From Bacteroidales bacterium (GTDB taxonomy: Bacteria; Bacteroidota; Bacteroidia; Bacteroidales; WCHB1-69): a stretch of 64,000 nt of DNA. The position numbers and the translations under genes were made by a program. Of the stretch, positions 59,644 through 64,000 are shown piece by piece (within the stretch, counting starts at the first letter, position 1; each line of letters starts with the position of its first letter). The notes beneath the pieces are model-generated. The model saw nothing but the letters and a program-made list of their open reading frames with translations. It had not been told where the DNA came from and made no database searches. The stretch covers positions 109-64,108 of the forward strand of contig JAGAEQ010000073.1 of NCBI GenBank assembly GCA_017613015.1, read 5' to 3'.

Positions 59644-60093
59644 TTATCTATCTATCTGTATTCCAGAAGATATTTTTTTCACTCTCATTTCGTGCCTTCC
59701 CCCTTCGAAAGCCGTCTGCAAAAACGCGTCCAAGCAGTCCATGGCATCTTTTTCGGAAATAAACCGCGCCGGAAGGCTCAACACGTTCGCATCATTGTGC
59801 TGCCGCGCCAGCACCGCCAAATCCGGTCTCCAGCACAAGGCGGCCCGCACCTGAGGGTACTTGTTGGCCACCATACTCACCCCGTTTCCGGAGCCGCAGA
59901 CCAGCACAGCCCGCTCTGTTTCTTTACGTTGCACCGCTTGGGCCACCGGATGGGCCACATCCGGATAATCCATGCTCTGTTCGGAATGGGTGCCGAAATC
60001 CCGCACCGTCCAGCCTGCCTCCTCCAAATGGCGTTTCAAAGCCTCTTTCAAGACAAAACCGGCGTGATCGCTACCTATAACAATGGTCTTCAT
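59644..60093 (-). CDS. rpiB: Ribose-5-phosphate isomerase B
   Basis: Carries MKTIVIGSDHAGFVLKE and CGSGNGVSMVANK. 149 aa. Confidence 0.93.
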   Translation of the reverse strand: MKTIVIGSDHAGFVLKEALKRHLEEAGWTVRDFGTHSEQSMDYPDVAHPVAQAVQRKETERAVLVCGSGNGVSMVANKYPQVRAALCWRPDLAVLARQHNDANVLSLPARFISEKDAMDCLDAFLQTAFEGGRHEMRVKKISSGIQIDR

Positions 60094-60121
60094 GACAAAT
60101 GCATCTGCTTTGGTTAAAACA

Positions 60122-60129
60122 CAAAAGTA
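60122..60129 (-). promoter_or_regulatory. -7 promoter element TACTTTTG (minus strand) for rpiB
   Basis: The plus strand reads CAAAAGTA, 29 nt upstream of the rpiB ATG. Confidence 0.45.
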
Positions 60130-60203
60130 CGCATAAAATGCGGATATCCGGCAGCCCTTCGGAAAAATAATTTAGAGAAAGGCAAACGCAAGCCGATATT
60201 GAC

Positions 60204-60211
60204 TACTTTTG
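60204..60211 (+). promoter_or_regulatory. -7 promoter element TACTTTTG for tilS
   Basis: Exact consensus match ending only 4 nt before the tilS ATG (60216). Confidence 0.4.
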
Positions 60212-60215
60212 TAGC

Positions 60216-61544
60216 ATGGATTACGCCTGGAAAGAATTTTTGGAAAAAGCCTGCGGCATTCGGGAAAACGAGCGCCTGCTGCTGGCCGTCAGCGGGGGCG
60301 TGGATTCCATGGTCATGCTGCACCGCTTTGTGTCCCACGGCTTTCCCGTCGGGGTGGCCCATTGCAACTTCCAGCTGCGGGGCGCGGACTCCGACGCGGA
60401 CGAAGCCTTTGTGCAGGAGACCGCCGAACGCTACGGACTGCCGTTTTTCCACATCCGCTTCGACACGACCGCCTACGCGGCCTCGAAAGGCGTTTCCATT
60501 GAAATGGCGGCGAGGGAGCTGCGCTACGCCTGGTTCCGGGAAATCGCGGCACAGCAGGACTACCGCCTTATCGCCACCGCCCACCACCGGGACGATGCGG
60601 AAGAGACCTTTTTCCTGAACCTGATGCGCGGCTGCGGTATCAAAGGGCTGCACGGCATACAGCCGCTTTCCAACGGCATCGTGCGACCGCTGCGCTGTTT
60701 TTCCCGTCAGGAAATCGCGGACTACGCCAAAGCCCACGGCATCGCCTACCGCCAGGACAAAAGCAACAGCGACGACCGTTTCCGGCGCAACTACCTCCGC
60801 CTGCACATCCTCCCCGCCCTGCGGGAACTCCAGCCCTCTTTTGACCAGAATATGCTGAAAACCATGCGAATACTACAAGAGCAGGAAAACATCTACTTCC
60901 ACCACATTCGGGAAGTTTCGGAAAAACTGCTGCACGCGGAGGCCGATGGCTACAAGCTGTATTGGGAGGAAGTGGCGAAACTGCCCTATCCGGAGACGTA
61001 TTTGTTTGAGATTCTGCATCCTTTCGGATTCAACGAAAGCCAGACCAAGGCCCTTTTCGCCGCTGGCGGACAAACCAAAGGGAAACGGCTCGAAAGCCGC
61101 ACCCACTGTCTGTGGACACATGGGAACAACTTGTTTTTACGACCTTTGCAAACGGAAACGCCCCGCACCTACACCCTGTCGCTCACGCCCGACGGCCTGC
61201 AAACGGACTGCCCCTTCCTGCAAACGGACATCCGCGACGGCATCCCGGCATTCTCCAAGGACACGCATCAGGCCTGCTTCGACATGGACCGCTTGAGCTT
61301 CCCTCTGCACATCCGCTATTGGCAGGAGGGCGACCGCTTTCACCCCTTCGGCATGAAAGGTTCGAAAAAACTCAGCGATTTCTTCACCGACAGGCACATT
61401 GACAGCGGAAGCAAGGGAAAAATTCCGCTGCTCTGCAACGGCAACGGCGACATTTTATGGGTCATCGGACACCGGAGCGACCACCGCTACCGCGTCCGTC
61501 CGGACACGGCCCGCACACTCATTTTGGAATGGACCAGCGTATGA
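60216..61544 (+). CDS. tilS: tRNA(Ile)-lysidine synthetase
   Basis: Has the PP-loop LLLAVSGGVDSMVM and HHRDD. 442 aa. Confidence 0.93.
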   Translation: MDYAWKEFLEKACGIRENERLLLAVSGGVDSMVMLHRFVSHGFPVGVAHCNFQLRGADSDADEAFVQETAERYGLPFFHIRFDTTAYAASKGVSIEMAARELRYAWFREIAAQQDYRLIATAHHRDDAEETFFLNLMRGCGIKGLHGIQPLSNGIVRPLRCFSRQEIADYAKAHGIAYRQDKSNSDDRFRRNYLRLHILPALRELQPSFDQNMLKTMRILQEQENIYFHHIREVSEKLLHAEADGYKLYWEEVAKLPYPETYLFEILHPFGFNESQTKALFAAGGQTKGKRLESRTHCLWTHGNNLFLRPLQTETPRTYTLSLTPDGLQTDCPFLQTDIRDGIPAFSKDTHQACFDMDRLSFPLHIRYWQEGDRFHPFGMKGSKKLSDFFTDRHIDSGSKGKIPLLCNGNGDILWVIGHRSDHRYRVRPDTARTLILEWTSV

Positions 61545-62155
61545 AACACATCGGCATCACCGGACGCATGGGTTCCGGAAAAAGCTTTATCAGCCGGATT
61601 TTCCAAGAAACCTTCGGCATTCCCGTCTTTGACAGCGACAAGGAGGCGAAAGCCTGCTACCGGGAAGCGCACATCCGGGACGAAGTGTGCCGCGTCTTCG
61701 GGAACTTCCTGCTGCTTCCCGACAAACAATTGGATTTGAAAGCTTTGGGGAAATTGGTGTTCGCCCAACCCGAAAAAACCGAAGCGCTGAACCGCATCGT
61801 GCATCCGGAAGTCATGCGACGCTACCGAAGATGGAACGAAAACAAAAGGCAAGACTGCCCCTATACCCTTTTCGAGTCGGCCATTCTGTTTGAGAGCCAC
61901 TTGGACACGCAGTTTGACGCCATTATCTACGTGCATTGTCCGGAACACATTTCCGTGGAAAGGGTGAGACAGCGGAACGGCTGGAGCGAAGAGGACATCC
62001 GCCTGCGGCTGCAACTACAACAAAGTCAGGCAACAGACTGCGACAAAGCCGATTTCCGCATTGAACACGACAGCACTGCCTCTTTGGAAAGCGGCAGGGA
62101 ACGCCTGCTTCCGCAGATACGGGAAATCCACCGTCGCATTATCTCCATGCCCTGA
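61541..62155 (+). CDS. coaE: Dephospho-CoA kinase
   Basis: 204 aa from MKHIGITGRMGSGKSF (P-loop). The ATGA overlap with the tilS stop is at 61541-61544. Confidence 0.93.
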   Translation: MKHIGITGRMGSGKSFISRIFQETFGIPVFDSDKEAKACYREAHIRDEVCRVFGNFLLLPDKQLDLKALGKLVFAQPEKTEALNRIVHPEVMRRYRRWNENKRQDCPYTLFESAILFESHLDTQFDAIIYVHCPEHISVERVRQRNGWSEEDIRLRLQLQQSQATDCDKADFRIEHDSTASLESGRERLLPQIREIHRRIISMP

Positions 62156-62210
62156 CACAACAATATGCCCGTTCTTCCGTTATATGATCATATTGAAAAT
62201 TTTTAGACAA

Positions 62211-64000
62211 ATGAAAACACTGCGTCTTTTCCTGATTTCCCTACTGTGTTTCAGCGGCATGTATGTTTCCTTGGGTTCTCCCGTCGATACGGGCGCGGCA
62301 CGGACCGTTGCCTGCCATTTCATCCGGACACGCCCCGGCTGCTCCGACATCCGCCCCCAAGACATGAAACTGGCGTTCACCTCCGCACAATTGGACGGCA
62401 GCCGGGAAAACGGCTTTTACGCCTTCACTTTCGGGGAGCACGGTTTTGTCATCGTCTCCGCGGACGACAGGGCGATGCCCATTCTGGCGTATTCCACCAC
62501 CTCCTCACTGCACAGGGAGAGCATGCCCGCCCCCGCCCATATTTTGCTGAAGGACTACCAGACCCGGATACAGGAAGAGGCGAGCCAGCCGCAGCAAAGC
62601 CGTCCGGAAGTGGCCGCACAATGGGAGATGCTGGCCTCCGACCAGCCCATACTGGTCCAAAAGGCCGCCCAGTCGGTGGAACCTTTGATCAAGACCACTT
62701 GGAACCAGTCCCCCTATTACAACAAATACTGCCCCTACGACAACGAAATGCACTCTATCGCGGTCACCGGCTGCACCGCCACGGCCATGGCACAGATTAT
62801 CCGTTACTGGGAATGGCCCAAAAACGGCTACGGCACCTGCGCTTATACCCATTTCAAATACGGCTATCTGAAAGCGGACTATGGCACCGCCAACTATAAC
62901 TACAGCAACATGCCGGTGGCTTTGGACCAGTACTCCAGCCTCACCGAAGTGGACGCAGTGGCCCGGCTGATGGCGGACTGCGGCACTGGGGTCGCCATGG
63001 ACTACAGCCCCACCGGAAGCGGCGCATGGGTATTGGAAAGCGTTGGCAAAGAATACAGTGCAGAGCACGTGCTGCGCAAATACTACGGCTACGTGCTGAC
63101 GGAGGGAACCTACAAATACCTCAACGGCAGCACCTGGCTGAAACGGGTTAAGAACGATTTGGACAACGGCCGTCCGCTGCTGTTCTGCGCGAGCAAGCTC
63201 AAAGAGGGCGGACACGCCTTCATCTGCGACGGGTACGACGACCAGGGCCTCTTCCATTTCAACTGGGGATGGGGCGGGCGCCACGACGGTTTCTACCTCA
63301 TGGACAGCGCCTACGGATTCAACATCTACCAGGCGGCCATCTTCGGGCTGATGCCGCCGACCAAACTGAACAGCTATCACTTGGTGCTGTTCAGCGACAT
63401 CACGGCCTCTTCCGACACCATTTCCTGCGGAGAGGCGTTCACCGTCCGCGTCAATGTGGAGAACAACGGCAACCTGCCCTTTTTCGGGAATTTCCGCATG
63501 GTGCTGCAAAACACCCAAACCGAAGAGATTGTGGCCGTGTTTGACACCATTTCCTGCAAAAACCAGGCGCTTGCCGGCAGCAGCAGCTTTTCCTCCCCCC
63601 TGACCTTCCACGGCAAACTGGAAAGCCTGTTCACCGACAACTACAACCTGCGTATCCAATACATAGACACCAATGCCGACACCTGGACCAACGTCGCTGA
63701 GATAGGGAATTTCTCCAACAAGAAAAGCATCCTCTTCGACGGCGGGGTCACCACCACCGCCTTGGACACGGTGACCAACATCACCGCCCACGAGGCGCAA
63801 GTGACGGGGCACCTCAGCAAAGCCTGTTCCGAAACCGTCACACGGAAAGCCATACAGTACAAAAAGAGCAGCGCACAGTCCTTCACCACGGTCAAGGACA
63901 CCTCTTCCGGAAACACCATCCGCGTCGAGCTGAAAAACCTGGAGTCCAACACCTCCTACGACGTGCAGACCTACGTCACCGTGCAGGCTGACGGCACCTA
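62211..64000 (+). CDS. Second C10 family cysteine peptidase paralog (3' end beyond window)
   Basis: The frame is open from the ATG at 62211 to the window edge (596 codons, no stop; checked by hand). It starts MKTLRLFLISLLCFSG (signal). The propeptide is FYAFTFGEHGFVIVSADDRAMPILAYS. The catalytic motifs are VTGCTATAMAQIIRYW, GGHAFICDGYD and NWGWGG. It is not in the ORF track because no stop lies inside the window. Confidence 0.85.
   Translation, partial: MKTLRLFLISLLCFSGMYVSLGSPVDTGAARTVACHFIRTRPGCSDIRPQDMKLAFTSAQLDGSRENGFYAFTFGEHGFVIVSADDRAMPILAYSTTSSLHRESMPAPAHILLKDYQTRIQEEASQPQQSRPEVAAQWEMLASDQPILVQKAAQSVEPLIKTTWNQSPYYNKYCPYDNEMHSIAVTGCTATAMAQIIRYWEWPKNGYGTCAYTHFKYGYLKADYGTANYNYSNMPVALDQYSSLTEVDAVARLMADCGTGVAMDYSPTGSGAWVLESVGKEYSAEHVLRKYYGYVLTEGTYKYLNGSTWLKRVKNDLDNGRPLLFCASKLKEGGHAFICDGYDDQGLFHFNWGWGGRHDGFYLMDSAYGFNIYQAAIFGLMPPTKLNSYHLVLFSDITASSDTISCGEAFTVRVNVENNGNLPFFGNFRMVLQNTQTEEIVAVFDTISCKNQALAGSSSFSSPLTFHGKLESLFTDNYNLRIQYIDTNADTWTNVAEIGNFSNKKSILFDGGVTTTALDTVTNITAHEAQVTGHLSKACSETVTRKAIQYKKSSAQSFTTVKDTSSGNTIRVELKNLESNTSYDVQTYVTVQADGT

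Noticed and set aside
62505-63812. 435-aa minus-strand ORF
   Set aside because: Antisense to the second C10 peptidase paralog, whose frame is open from 62211 to the window edge and carries the catalytic motifs. The ORF has shadow-ORF composition (runs of G, V, A, H).

Overview
This 64 kb window is a chromosomal segment from a high-GC member of the Bacteroidota, probably Bacteroidales. Three things support that placement. The Bacteroidetes -7 promoter octamer TAnnTTTG, often exactly TACTTTTG, sits upstream of about 20 genes. Several proteins carry type IX secretion (T9SS) C-terminal sorting domains. A PorP/SprF gene is present.

The window is densely coded and mostly housekeeping: vsr, ychF, ridA, rpmH, purL, dtd, ligA, uvrC, rsgA, ispE, pyrE, a sirtuin, ugd, rarA, dnaA, rpiB, tilS and coaE. 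It also holds tRNA-Gln(CUG) and tRNA-Gly(CCC). A short glycan operon (flippase, methyltransferase, GT4) lies at the left end. dnaA has a 307 bp AT-rich upstream region that is a candidate oriC.

The accessory content is dominated by T9SS-related genes:
- a YD-like repeat cargo
- a translationally coupled pair: a small CTD protein and a CTD-less beta-helix protein
- an island next to dnaA encoding a lamin-tail-domain protein, a C10 cysteine peptidase, a PorP/SprF paralog and a TPR-PD40-OmpA protein
- a second C10 peptidase paralog that runs off the right edge and is absent from the ORF track

Two other genes are missing from the track because they are under 60 aa: rpmH and a 56-aa ORF.

I found no CRISPR array, rRNA, transposase or integrase. 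The many long ORFs antisense to recognisable genes are high-GC shadow ORFs. All calls rest on motif recognition by eye; no database search was run.
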